NCBI GenBank assembly: GCA_002269645.1
Contig: NIVC01003890.1
Coordinates: 1 to 64,000 of the forward strand
Origin: Macrostomum lignano
Taxonomy: Eukaryota
Reading direction: 5' to 3'
Length of the DNA stretch: 64,000 nucleotides
Positions 35,989 through 47,492 of the stretch are shown piece by piece (the stretch's first letter is position 1; each line of letters begins with the position of its first letter). The notes below the pieces were generated by a model. The model made no database searches. It was not told where the DNA came from and saw only the letters and a program-made list of their open reading frames with translations. The position numbers and the translations under genes are program-made.

Positions 35989-38900
35989 CTACTTTCTACC
36001 ATAGACGTCGAGGCTTCGGGCCCGGTCGAGAGCCTGGCGGAACAGCTGGTGCTCGCGACGCTCTCGCAGCTGGCAGGGCACAAAGCCGCGCATGTCGGCC
36101 AGGGTCTCAAGCTGATCAGCCAATGGTATGACCACCGGAGAACTCCGAGTGAGCAGCTGAATGTAGGCATTGCCTTCTAAGTCGGGCAGTAGATAGGCGT
36201 AGTGCAGCGGGGTTAGGCCTTCCTGTTTAAGGTTTGGAAATATGAAATATGAAATATGAAGGAATTGAAGGAAGAAATATCCATAAATATTCCATAAAAT
36301 TCTAAATTATCCTACTCTAAGTAGACAAGCTGCGAATATTCTATCGGAAATTTTCTTACATTATCGGCCATAGCCGCCTGCTGGGGCCGTTCGGCCAGAA
36401 TCCACAGCGCCATCTCGTAGCGATTGCAGGCGACCGCCCGAATCAGCGCCGAGTAGCCGTTGACATCGCGATAGTCGACTTCGTTCAGAGCTTTCATCTT
36501 TTCCAAGTCGTCTTGGCGGATGGCTTCAAAAAGCTCGCCGCACGATTTCTATAATGTATTTAAATTGCAGATGTGCACTCGCTGGGAAGGAAAGTGAGGC
36601 ACCAGAGGCGCCAGCACCAGAGGCGCCAGCACCAGAGGCGCCAGCACCAGAGGCGCCAGCACCAGAGGCGCCAGCACCAGAGGCGCCAGCACCAGAGGCG
36701 CCAGCACCAGAGGCGCCAGCACCAGAGGCGCCAGCACCAGAGGCGCCAGCACCAGAGGCGCCAGCACCAGAGGCGCCAGCACCAGAGGCGCCAGCACCAG
36801 AGGCGCCAGCACCAGAGGCGCCAGCACCAGAGGCGCCAGCACCAGAGGCGCCAGCACCAGAGGCGCCAGCACCAGAGGCGCCAGCACCAGAGGCGCCAGC
36901 ACCAGAGGCGCCAGCACCAGAGGCGCCAGCACCAGAGGCGCCAGCACCAGAGGCGCCAGCACCAGAGGCGCCAGCACCAGAGGCACTAGAGGCTCCCTGG
37001 CTAAAACCCTGAAGTACTACCGGTTCCCAGATACTAGAAGTGCATTTACTGAACTCACCTCAACCAGCTGAATGCGGCTGAGAAACTGCTCCTTCACGGG
37101 ATCTTTTGAGCCGCTAGTCGGGCCGAAATTCGCCGCCCCATAGAAGTTGGTTGCCAGCGTCATCAGGAGGCCCTTAGCTGGGCGGGACTTCGACTGGCGA
37201 AACAACTCGTCGATCACCGAGTCCATGGCTTCGGCGAGGTCGCGACGTCCCAGCCGGACGGCCATCTCGCGCGGAGTGCGCAGCTCGCAGGAGAACGGCA
37301 GCCGGTCCTTCAGCAGCAGGACGTTCTGGCCTTGACGAGCCTGCAGGACTCTGACGAAGTGCTGCGGCCGGATGTCGGTGCGGATCAGGCGGTGCAGCAT
37401 TGTGAAGCCATCCTGCGTTGTGCAGATTGGAGGAGGAGTGCTTGTAACTTTGTAGGAAGATGCAGGACTTCAATATTTCAAGGCAAACAAACATCATAAC
37501 AAACAATCATCAAGACAGACAACCATCAAGACAAACAATCACCAAGACAAACAATCACCAAGATCAACAATCAACAAGACGAACAATCAACAAGACAAAC
37601 AACCACCAAGACAAACAACAACAAGACAAACAACAACAAGACAAACAATCACCAAGACAAACAACCACCAAGACAAACAATCAACAAGACAAACAATCAC
37701 CAAGACAAACAATCAACAAGACAAACAATCACCAAGACAAACAACAAAAAGACAAACAATCACCAAGACGAACAATCAACAAGACAAACAATCAACAAGA
37801 CAAACAATCACCAAGACAAACAATCAACAAGACAAACAATCAACAAGACAAACAATCACCAAGACAAACAATCACCAAGACAAACAACCACCAAGACAAA
37901 CAATCACCAAGACAAACAATCAACAAGACAAACGATCAACAAGACAAACAATCACCAAGACAAACAATCAACAAGACAAACAATCACCAAGACAAACAAT
38001 CAACAAGACAAACGATCAACAAGACAAACAATCACCAAGACAAACAATCTGTTAAATCGACTAACTCTTCGAAACCGAAAAATAACTAAGTAGGCAAAAA
38101 TCGGATGCTTGTAGGCTTCAATACCTCTGCGTTCTCGCGCAGGCAAAGCAAAACAACCAAGTTAGCAAAAAACACGCTGACCAAAAATCACGCCCTTTTT
38201 AATTATTATTTAACGTGGGGTGGGGTTAGCAAATCGAGGGGGGTTGGCTCATGTACATTAAATAAAGAGCAAATACATGTACAATTAAATAAGTAAAACC
38301 CCAAAAATATGACAAAAAATGAACCTCCAGAACATTCCCCCTTCCTGATTGGGGCCAATCAGCAAAAAAGCAGAAAAAAAAATTGCCTCCTTGAAACTTA
38401 CGTGCAATTAATTGAAACGGTTGCAAGCATAATTCGAAAAAACAGTAAACTCCTGTAAACAAAAAAATAAATCGCGCGAAATCAGAAATTAACATTAAGA
38501 ACGCATGCAATGTGAAGTGTCAATTGGGATCAAAAGATAGTGTGCCAAATATAAACCTTTGCAATCGCTAGCCAACACAAAAAATCTCTGCTAAGAAACG
38601 AACACAAACGAACTCAAAGATGCTCAAACGATAATTAGTGAAATAACACGGGATGAAAAATGTCTTGAAAACTTAAATAATCCCTACTGTAAACATATGA
38701 AAAATATCAAAGCACAAAAACTGCCAAAAGAACTCGCATTCAAGCAAGCAACAGGTCTTTTTACTCAGAATAAAAAAACACAAAATACGCAAAAATAAGC
38801 AATCCATCACCACTTCAGCTATTAGGAGCAAAAAACGGCAAATAATGACACGAAAAAGATAAATAATTCCAAACACCATAAACTAGCCGTCAAAAAACTA

Positions 38901-41900
38901 CATATTTGAAAAGTTTTGTTTAGCAATAAGTCAACAGTCACTATTCACCTCGCTGCAGCACACACAACTTCGTCACGGGTCGCAGCACTGTCCCACCGCC
39001 AGTCCGCACCTTGGCCACGCGCACATGGCCGTCTCGTCCAGGAAATACCTCGAGAACTCGCCCGAGCGGCCAGTGTCCTCGAGGCGCATCCGCTCGTAGC
39101 GCCAAGACGATGTCGCCGACGGCGAGATCCGGCTGCTCCTTGACCCACTTGGATCTGGCGTTGAGTCTTGGCACCCACTCACGCAGCCATCGGTGCCAGA
39201 AGTGCCGCACCAGCTCTTGGACACGTCGCCACCGCCGGCGCGGGTCGCGGCTGACCTCGGTCGAGACTTCCGTAGCAAAGTCACCACCCAGCTGTCCATG
39301 CAAGAAATGGTTTGGCGTCAACGGCGTGTCGTCCTTTGGGCTTGCGGTTTGGTATGTCAGCGGCCTGGAATTGATGAGCGCTTCCGCACCTGTGAAGGCG
39401 GAATGCAGCTCTTCGTCGGTGATGTCAGCGTTGCTAAGGATGGCGCGCACAGCTCGCTTAGCGGCGCGAACCATAACTTCGTGGGCGCCGCCGAAATGGG
39501 GCGCCGACGGAGGCTGGAAGCGCCACTTGATGCCGCGCTCAGCTGCCGCTCTCTGGATTTTGTTCTGCTGCTCGTTTTCGAATTCTCGTAGTTCTCGCTC
39601 GCCTTTGACAAAGTTGCCGCCGTTGTCCGAGTAAACTTCGAGTGGCCGGCCTCTACGGTTGATCATGCGCGCGAAAGCATTCAGAAACGAGTCAGAATCC
39701 AAGCTATACGCCATCTCTAGGTGCACGGCTCTCGTCTCCAAACAGGTGAACAGGGCCAAATACCTCTTCGTTCGCCGTCTTCCGCGTCCTTGTACCGTTT
39801 CAAACGGACCACCGAAGTCGACTGCCACAAAGCTGAACGCTCGGAGAGAGTTCTTCAGCCTGGCCTCTGGCAGCGGCGCCATCTGCTGCACCTCCGGTCC
39901 TGCTTTTTGCCTTCTGCATCGCGCGCACTCCTTCTCCCATTCTCGAATGGCTTCGCGCCCACCGATCACCCAAAACTTCGTCGACATCGCTGCCAGCGTC
40001 TGGTTTGTTCCGCCATGTCCTTGATCTTCGTGATAGTGCTTCACCAACAACTTCGTGACCCAACTTCGCCTCGGCAGAATGACCGGATGCTTGGACTGAT
40101 ATGACAGATTCTGGTCGAACTTCAGTCTTCCGTCCACTCGCAGCAGTCCGTCTTCATCAAGAAATGGTTGGAGACAGCGAAGCTGACTGCTGGAGAAGAC
40201 TGGCTTTCCCCTACGCACCTGCTGAACTTCTGCTTTGAAAGCTTCTTCCTGAGCCACGCGTAGGATTCGATCCTCAGCTTCTTGCAGCTCCTCGACCTCG
40301 AGGTCACCAAGTCGTCTCTCATCTCGTGGAAGTCGGCAATTACTGATGAAGCGCTGAACCCATGCTGTCACGCTACGCAGCCTGCGGTAGCTCGAAAATC
40401 GCTCTGGATTCAAACGACAATCGTTGTCTGTGGTGTCGTTCGACAACAGAGTTACGGCCGCCGATTTACTACTCTTGCTCGCCTCTCGCCGAACTTCTTG
40501 ATCTCCGTCAACCGATGTCGGAACTAGCCTTGCCGGCCAGCCATCCTCATCTAGCAGCAGAAACTCTGGTCCCGCGCTCCAGACCGCTGATTGGCAAAGG
40601 TCTTTGGCGCTACAGCCTCGCGATACGGCATCAGCGGGGTTCAGATCGGTCGGCACGTGACGCCACTGACAAGTCTTCACCGCCTCCTGAATGAACGCAA
40701 CACGATTTGCTACGAACGGCTTGAAAATTCTACTGCGACCTCGAAGCCACCAGAGCACATTTGCACTGTCACTCCAGAACACCGACTCTCTCAGGTCTAA
40801 ATCGAGCGCATCTGCCACCGTCTGGGCAAGTCGCACGCCAAGCACCGCCGCCATGAGCTCGAGTCTGGGGATGCTGCATGCTGCCAATGGAGCTACACGT
40901 GCTTTTGCGGCTACAAGACGAACACAGATTTCGTCCAGGCTTGTGGCGCTCCTGAGATAGATTACCGCGCCGTAAGCCACCTGAGATGCATCCACAAAGA
41001 CGTGTAGCACTGCCTTTTTGGTAGGATCAGGCCATAGACATCGTGGAATTTTCAGCATGCTCAACTCTTCAATCTCCGCTGCCCATTGCGTAGCCTTCGC
41101 GGCAACTTGCTGGTCCAAGGGCTCATCCCAATCCGCTCCATTCTGCCAAATCTCCTGCAGAAGAATTCGCCCGCGAATTGTAAATGGACTCAGAAACCCG
41201 CATGGGTCGAACACCATCGCAACGCGCTTGAGCAGCTGTCGTTTCGACTCAACGGACACTTCCTTCGCACCTGCATTTCCCGTGATCGCGAGCATATCAT
41301 CATTGGCTGTCCAAGTCACTCCCAACGCCTTCGACGTCGCCATTTCTCCACGAAGCACGTGCTGCGCTTTCACCGCTCGATCCTCCGGAGCTACTGTCTC
41401 CAACACCTCAGACGCGTTCGACATCCATTTTCTCGCACGCATGCCGGCTTTTTCCCACAGAGCTGTCAGTTCGCGGCGCAACTGGATAGCTTCATGGACG
41501 CTGTTCACCGAGTCCAAACTGTCGTCCATGTAGGTCGACTTCAGAATGGTTTCTGACGCTCTTGGAAAAGTTTCCTGATGACTCCTAGCATGCTCCTGCG
41601 ACACGAACTGAGCAAGAAACGGCGAACAATTAACTCCAAAAACGACACTCTGAAACTCGAATACCTCAGGTTTGCCCGTTTCGTTCCTGTCTCGCCACAA
41701 AAATCGAAAGTAGCGCCGATCTTCTGGCTTGAGGCGAATTCTAAGGTACATCTCTTCAATGTCGCAAACGATTGCCACTGGACCGCGACGGAATCGAAGG
41801 AGCACTTGAAATAGGTCGTTCTGAAGCTTCGGTCCTGGAAGGATGACGTCATTGAGACTCACTCCTTGGCAGCGCGCGGAAGCATCAAACACGATACGGA

Positions 41901-44900
41901 CTTTGGTGGTGTCCTTGTCTTCTCTGATTACCGGAAAATGCGGCAGGTACCATTCGGTGTTTTGAAGCTCACTGCTGTCTTCGACCTTCTTGAGATAACC
42001 TTTTTCCAACTGGCCTTCCAACACCCCCTGATACGCTTTTGGCAATCCTTCACTCCTCTGCAGTCGCTTCTCCGTGCTGATCAGTCTGCGTTCCGCAGCT
42101 TCACGATTGCTCGGCAGAGCACGATTTTGAGACTTCCATGGAATGGCTACCTGATATCTTCCTTCCACCACCGACATCGACTCCTTGACTACCGCCACAG
42201 CATGCTGCTCATCCGCAGTTAACGTCCCTCTTTCGCGGTTCAGCTCAGCTACATCAGGAACTTCCTCGATCGCCCACAACCTTCGAACCTGACTGTCGAC
42301 CTGATCTTGACACTCGTGGCAGAGGAACGATTCCCCGCTCTTGCTGCTTCCCTCATCCGAACCTAACTGCCCGATGCAGGTCCATCCAATAGGAGTCAGT
42401 CGAGCTATTGGTTCCCCTGGCATTCCACAGACTTCTTTGCAAGCCAGATGCATCTCGGCATTGTCGACACCGATAAGCATGTCAACCGTCTTCCGGCTTG
42501 ATGTTGACTCAAACGGAATGCCTCTCAGATGCGCCCAGTGCTCCGCCAGTTGACTCCAATCAACTGCCTTCATTCCGCCGGTTACTTTCTCCGCTGTGAA
42601 AGCAACAATTTTTGTCTCAAACGCTGCATCGACACTCCGGACTGTCACCTCTACAGGCGCTGTTTCAAACGACTCGACTCCTCCGTTGAGCACCTTAACG
42701 TTTATGCGCTGAAGTTTACCTTCCAGTCCCAGCTCTGCTGCTACGTCCGCATTGAGGTACGTGCGCGTACTCGCATCATCAAGCAACGCGTTGATCCGAA
42801 CTTGGCGCTCACCAGCCACCAATATCACCGGCACCGTCCTCAACGCAGTTTCCTTTACGACTTCAGCCAGCATAGTGCGCTCCTTCTTCGTCGCCGCTGA
42901 TATGTCCTCCGCGGGTTTTCGTGCCTCTCCTTCGCCGCCTCTCGTCACTGCAGCTGCTGGTTTCGGCTCCCGCTTCTGGTGAAGCATTCGATGGTGTTTT
43001 CCTTGGCAACCATCTACGCCACAGGTTCTAGACCGCCGACAAGCTAAACCAGAGTGATTGACGCCGAGACAATGAAAGCACAGCTTCTTCTCACGAGCAA
43101 CGGCCCATCGCTTCACTACATCCATCTCCACAAACTTCGGGCACTCCCAGGCGCCATGGCTTCCTTCACAGACACGGCAGTTTTTCTTGCGCTGCTCATC
43201 GGCTCTCGTTGACTCCGCGACAGCGCCAAAATGCGTTCGAGCTGTTTCCGTGCGCTGCATCCCGCTGAATTTCTTACTTTGCTCCATCTTCCCTGCTCCT
43301 GGCCCATTCTGTGCCGCAACTCCATGCACTGCCTCCATAGCAACCGTCTGATACTCAGCCTCCCGCAGCAGCCATTGATGAAGAGCGCTGAGCGTGTCAT
43401 TTCTGCCATTCTCCCCGACCCATCGGTGGTACCGTGCCAAGGTGTCAGTCGGCAATTTCTTTTGCACGCGAAGATGAAGCAATCCATTGCTGTCTAGTTC
43501 AGCTTCACGACCCGCCTCCATCAGATTGATAACCGCTACATCCACCAGATCAGCCAGCTTCTTCAACTGAGGCGCACTCTCCGTCACAATGGGCCGAAAA
43601 CGGTCCAGGTCCTCCAACACTAGCACCAGCCGGCGCCTCTCTCCTCCATATTCTCTCTCCAACCTATCCAGAGCCGCCTTGTACGCAAATTCAGAATGCC
43701 CTAGGTTGGCTATTAGCTTTAGCGCATCGCCCTGCGGACACTGCCTCAGTTGCAATAGCTTGTACACTCGAGAGGAGGGTGCAGCATCTACACACGCGTA
43801 AAAGGCCGCCTTCCACCCTTCGTATTGACGCTTATCACCTGAGAAACTGGGAATCGCCACCCGCTGCAATTGCCGCCACATGTCCTGACTGACCTGCCTC
43901 TCCGCTTCTTCTCTCACCCTCTGTGTACACTCCTGCTGAACGATTGGCTCTCTGAGTTGCGACTGTACACTGGCTGACTGTGAGGTGGCTGGCCTGGGTG
44001 CAGGGTTTTGGTTTATCGATCGCTCGCCTGACCCCCCTTCGTGGGCAGTCCAATCAGCTTTTTCACTCCTGTCTGGCGCAGCGCTTACACCCACCTCAGC
44101 CCCAATCGACTGTTCAGCCAAACCTGAACCTGGGCTTGCCCTTTCACACGGGCTCTCTGCCTTAGTGCTGCCAGTAACAATTTTCAGTCGCCTCAGCTCC
44201 TCTGCCAACTGCTCATGCCGTTGTTGATAGTCTCTCTCTAGCTCTCTCTGCACCTCTTCCAACTCCAGCGCTCTGTGCTCTGCGGCTTGCACTTTTCGCT
44301 GCTCTTCCTCACGCCTCTGCTGTTCTTCAGACTCCGCCAAGCGATCCTGTTCCTCCCTCTCAGCTGCTTCGCTTCTGCTACGATCTTTCCAGAACTCGGT
44401 CATCAGACCCACAGTCTCACCGTAGTCCTTTTCAGCATTCTCCAGCTCCTTGATCGTTTGGCGACGCAGTGGCAGGTCGTTTCCGGCGAGCTCCAACAGC
44501 TTCTCCAGCTCAGTTGTCACCGCCTCGAATAGCTTCTCCATGAGAGTCGCTTGCTGTTGTACTTCGGCGCCGTCTTGACCACCAGCAGCGAGTTGTTGTA
44601 CCAGCCGGTTTCTTCCTTTGGTGAATGCGGCCTTGGCCCTCGTCTTGGCGGCCTTCGCGTCCATCAGCTTGCGTTCTTCCTCGTCAGCCGGCGGGTAGTT
44701 CGACTCGAATTCTTCTCCGTCCTTTTGCATTTTTCAACCACGCTCTGCTACCAGTTGTTAAATCGACTAACTCTTCGAAACCGAAAAATAACTAAGTAGG
44801 CAAAAATCGGATGCTTGTAGGCTTCAATACCTCTGCGTTCTCGCGCAGGCAAAGCAAAACAACCAAGTTAGCAAAAAACACGCTGACCAAAAATCACGCC

Positions 44901-47492
44901 CTTTTTAATTATTATTTAACGTGGGGTGGGGTTAGCAAATCGAGGGGGGTTGGCTCATGTACATTAAATAAAGAGCAAATACATGTACAATTAAATAAGT
45001 AAAACCCCAAAAATATGACAAAAAATGAACCTCCAGAACACAATCACCAAGACAAACAATCAACAAGACAAACGATCAACAAGACAAACAATCACCAAGA
45101 CAAACAATCACCAAGACAAACAATCAACAAGACGAACAACCACCAAGACAAACATTCATCAAGACAAACAATCATCGAGACAAACAATCAACAAGACGAA
45201 CAACCACCAAGACAAACTACCATCAAGACAGACAACCGTCAAGATAAGAAAACACCCAGGCAGACCAACAGATATACACAAGCAGAAATATTGCACAAAT
45301 CAACACTCACCGGATCTCTGGCTTCGGAGTCAACCCCAGCTTCCACCAGCATCATCAACAGGTCGAACTGGCACGCCGAAGTGATAGCATAGTTAGCCAA
45401 CGGCTCGCCATTCGGCCGCAGTCCCAGGGGAGAGGCGCCAGCGCTAAGCAGCGCTCTGGTCAGCGCCAGGTTCCGGTTCCCGACGGCCAGAGACAGCGGC
45501 GAGTGCTGCGTCTCCGGATGGCGCCGGTCCAAGTGCAGCTTCTTTGGCGGCAGTTTGCGCAGCAGCAGCTTGGCACCCTCGGTGTTGTCAGCCAGGATGT
45601 TGTGCACAAGATCGAGGAACGGCGACTCTCTGTCGATTGCCGCGGCCAAAGCGGGACAGTCGGGCGCGCCAGTCGACGACGGGTGACCCGAGTAGAAGTC
45701 CAAGGCGGTGTGACCCGGGAGCAACTGCGAGTGCGGGCTCACCCAAAGGTCAAGCGCTCTAACGCCGGCCTTGTAGCTTCCTCGTCTGAGCGCTTCAGCC
45801 AGGCCTGGCGAGTAGCGATTGAAAATGGCGGCTAGCGAGTCGGCAGCCTCGGCCGGTGCGCAGTCGACTGGGAGCTGGCCCAGCCGGTCTCTCAGCAGGG
45901 GGTCGGCGCCGCAGAGGAGCAGGGCGCGGCACATCTCCGCCTGGCCGCGTCTGGCAGCCACGTGCAGGGCGGTCTCGCCGGACTGTGTTGGGTCGGGTGA
46001 GAAATCGCCGGGAAACTAATGGGCGGTCTATCTCAATGTAATAACTTGCGTGTGAAGGTCATCTTAGTTGCACAGGCGCTTATAGTCACTGTACATTTGA
46101 GGGGGGAGAGATTGAATCGTTTCTCTTTTCCACTGCGGCTGTACAGTGAGCTGGGCGTCAGTCACTGTACATTGGGGAGAGAGATTGAATTACTTCTCTA
46201 TGAGCTGGGCGTCAGTCACTGTACATTGGGGAGAGAGATTGAATTACTTCTCTATGAGCTAGGCGTCAGTCACTGTACATTGGGGAGAGAGGTTGAATTA
46301 CTTCTCTATGAGCTGGGCGTCAGTCACTGTACATTGGGGAGAGAGATTGAATTACTTCTCTATGAGCTAGGCGTCAGTCACTGTACATTGGGGCCTTGAA
46401 TTGTTTCTATATTCCACTATAGCTGTACAGTGAGCTGGGCGTCAGTCATTGTACATTGGGGAGAGAGTGAGAGAGTTGTTTATTACTTCTCTAGGCCGCT
46501 ATATCATGAACATAGATTAGAGAATGGGGTTGTGCCCGTGTACAGAAATATTTAGTGTAACAAGCGTATGTATATAGATTTTTCATGTCAAAAATATACA
46601 TTCCAAATCCAAACCTTATTCTGCGTGTTGACATTGATGCCCATGAGTGCCAGAGTATAGGCGGTCACCAACGCTTGCAAATCCTGCGACGCGGCGCACA
46701 GATGCAACAACGTATTGCCGGCCTTGTCGCTTAGCGCGTTCTCGTAAATAGCTTGCTTAGCTTGCTCGTGAAGCTGCATGCGCGAATGGGGTGGGGTGAG
46801 TACATTAGGTACTTTATTAAAAGTTTGCTGATACCATTAGCATCACCAAATCACATTTTCAGCGGGGAGGGGCGTTGACACTGTCGAGCGCGCACAAGGA
46901 CGGTCGTGAATGCATACGCAGGTAACACGCTCTCACAGAGTGTACAGCTGTCCTGAATTACATCGTCAGACATATAGTACAACAGGAGGAAATGATTCAA
47001 ACAGAAGCTGCTCACACTACTAAGCTTCTCCTCGCGACACGTCTGAAGCAGGTTGTCGATCAACTGTCGAAATTTCTCTGTATCGCCGGAGCGCCGCAGC
47101 TCCATGGCGCGGCTGAACCGCTGGTAGTTGGCGTCGCGGGCGAGGCTCTCCACGCTGCTGCCATCATAGTCTCGATTGTGCGGAAATCCAAAATCCAGCA
47201 ACAGCGCCGCGCAGTCCTCTTCGCCGTAGTGCATCGCCAGGTAGAGTGGATCAAAGCCCGGTCGGCCCTGGGTAAGCTGGTCCCGGTGCGCCAGGTAGAG
47301 TTCTCGGTGATCTGACAGTAGCGTGTGCAGCTCTATGGGATTGCCGCTGAGCACTGACTCACGCAGCTGTGCATAAGTGTATTTGATTTTTTTTAAGTAG
47401 TTACATATGCATTTACTAATATATTAATTAACGAGAGTTAATTCAAAATTTACCTTGTCAAGAACTAAAGCCATTTTAGTGTCCGTTGCCAT
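35989..47492 (-). CDS. Ankyrin-repeat protein, 7 coding exons, all introns phase 0 (~670 aa; no specific family recognised)
   Basis: Exons starting [13 protein letters not shown] (47492-47454), LRESVLSG (47366), LHEQAK...[38 protein letters not shown]...[18 protein letters not shown]...GRK* (TAG at 35991-35989). Confidence 0.8.
36600..36985. repeat. Homogeneous 15-bp intronic repeat, ~26 copies
   Basis: Unit ACCAGAGGCGCCAGC. Confidence 0.97.
37480..38049. repeat. CAA/GAC-rich minisatellite, left half (continues at 45041-45240 beyond the retrotransposon)
   Basis: CAAGACAAACAATCAC-type units on both sides of the LTR element. Confidence 0.92.
38050..45040 (-). mobile_element. Full-length BEL/Pao LTR retrotransposon
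   Basis: 285-bp LTRs at 38050-38334 and 44756-45040, TG...CA, no differences seen; 5-bp TSD CAATC; PBS TGGTAGCAGAGCGTGGTT (44753-44736, tRNA-iMet-like); PPT next to 38335. Confidence 0.96.
38941..44730 (-). CDS. BEL/Pao Gag-Pol polyprotein (Gag with Cys/His knuckles, aspartic protease, RT, RNase H, integrase), 1929 aa
   Basis: [11 protein letters not shown]...F; [13 protein letters not shown]; ALLDDAS; KVRIVFDAS; TYMDD; FVDAS...PRLELMA; VDFGGP...SDNGGNF...GGAHE; domain order PR-RT-RH-IN. Confidence 0.96.
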   Translation of the reverse strand: MQKDGEEFESNYPPADEEERKLMDAKAAKTRAKAAFTKGRNRLVQQLAAGGQDGAEVQQQATLMEKLFEAVTTELEKLLELAGNDLPLRRQTIKELENAEKDYGETVGLMTEFWKDRSRSEAAEREEQDRLAESEEQQRREEEQRKVQAAEHRALELEEVQRELERDYQQRHEQLAEELRRLKIVTGSTKAESPCERASPGSGLAEQSIGAEVGVSAAPDRSEKADWTAHEGGSGERSINQNPAPRPATSQSASVQSQLREPIVQQECTQRVREEAERQVSQDMWRQLQRVAIPSFSGDKRQYEGWKAAFYACVDAAPSSRVYKLLQLRQCPQGDALKLIANLGHSEFAYKAALDRLEREYGGERRRLVLVLEDLDRFRPIVTESAPQLKKLADLVDVAVINLMEAGREAELDSNGLLHLRVQKKLPTDTLARYHRWVGENGRNDTLSALHQWLLREAEYQTVAMEAVHGVAAQNGPGAGKMEQSKKFSGMQRTETARTHFGAVAESTRADEQRKKNCRVCEGSHGAWECPKFVEMDVVKRWAVAREKKLCFHCLGVNHSGLACRRSRTCGVDGCQGKHHRMLHQKREPKPAAAVTRGGEGEARKPAEDISAATKKERTMLAEVVKETALRTVPVILVAGERQVRINALLDDASTRTYLNADVAAELGLEGKLQRINVKVLNGGVESFETAPVEVTVRSVDAAFETKIVAFTAEKVTGGMKAVDWSQLAEHWAHLRGIPFESTSSRKTVDMLIGVDNAEMHLACKEVCGMPGEPIARLTPIGWTCIGQLGSDEGSSKSGESFLCHECQDQVDSQVRRLWAIEEVPDVAELNRERGTLTADEQHAVAVVKESMSVVEGRYQVAIPWKSQNRALPSNREAAERRLISTEKRLQRSEGLPKAYQGVLEGQLEKGYLKKVEDSSELQNTEWYLPHFPVIREDKDTTKVRIVFDASARCQGVSLNDVILPGPKLQNDLFQVLLRFRRGPVAIVCDIEEMYLRIRLKPEDRRYFRFLWRDRNETGKPEVFEFQSVVFGVNCSPFLAQFVSQEHARSHQETFPRASETILKSTYMDDSLDSVNSVHEAIQLRRELTALWEKAGMRARKWMSNASEVLETVAPEDRAVKAQHVLRGEMATSKALGVTWTANDDMLAITGNAGAKEVSVESKRQLLKRVAMVFDPCGFLSPFTIRGRILLQEIWQNGADWDEPLDQQVAAKATQWAAEIEELSMLKIPRCLWPDPTKKAVLHVFVDASQVAYGAVIYLRSATSLDEICVRLVAAKARVAPLAACSIPRLELMAAVLGVRLAQTVADALDLDLRESVFWSDSANVLWWLRGRSRIFKPFVANRVAFIQEAVKTCQWRHVPTDLNPADAVSRGCSAKDLCQSAVWSAGPEFLLLDEDGWPARLVPTSVDGDQEVRREASKSSKSAAVTLLSNDTTDNDCRLNPERFSSYRRLRSVTAWVQRFISNCRLPRDERRLGDLEVEELQEAEDRILRVAQEEAFKAEVQQVRRGKPVFSSSQLRCLQPFLDEDGLLRVDGRLKFDQNLSYQSKHPVILPRRSWVTKLLVKHYHEDQGHGGTNQTLAAMSTKFWVIGGREAIREWEKECARCRRQKAGPEVQQMAPLPEARLKNSLRAFSFVAVDFGGPFETVQGRGRRRTKRYLALFTCLETRAVHLEMAYSLDSDSFLNAFARMINRRGRPLEVYSDNGGNFVKGERELREFENEQQNKIQRAAAERGIKWRFQPPSAPHFGGAHEVMVRAAKRAVRAILSNADITDEELHSAFTGAEALINSRPLTYQTASPKDDTPLTPNHFLHGQLGGDFATEVSTEVSRDPRRRWRRVQELVRHFWHRWLREWVPRLNARSKWVKEQPDLAVGDIVLALRADAPRGHWPLGRVLEVFPGRDGHVRVAKVRTGGGTVLRPVTKLCVLQRGE
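46140..46470. repeat. 54-bp intronic minisatellite
   Basis: Unit GAGCTGGGCGTCAGTCACTGTACATTGGGGAGAGAGATTGAATTACTTCTCTAT. Confidence 0.9.

Noticed and set aside
38335-38940. env-like gene in the BEL element
   Set aside because: Only ~600 bp of AT-rich sequence with short ORFs; no signal peptide plus transmembrane architecture.
38945-44799. Many antisense or alternate-frame ORFs over Gag-Pol, and over RepHel (1154-5893)
   Set aside because: Shadow ORFs of long coding sequences with no recognisable motifs.
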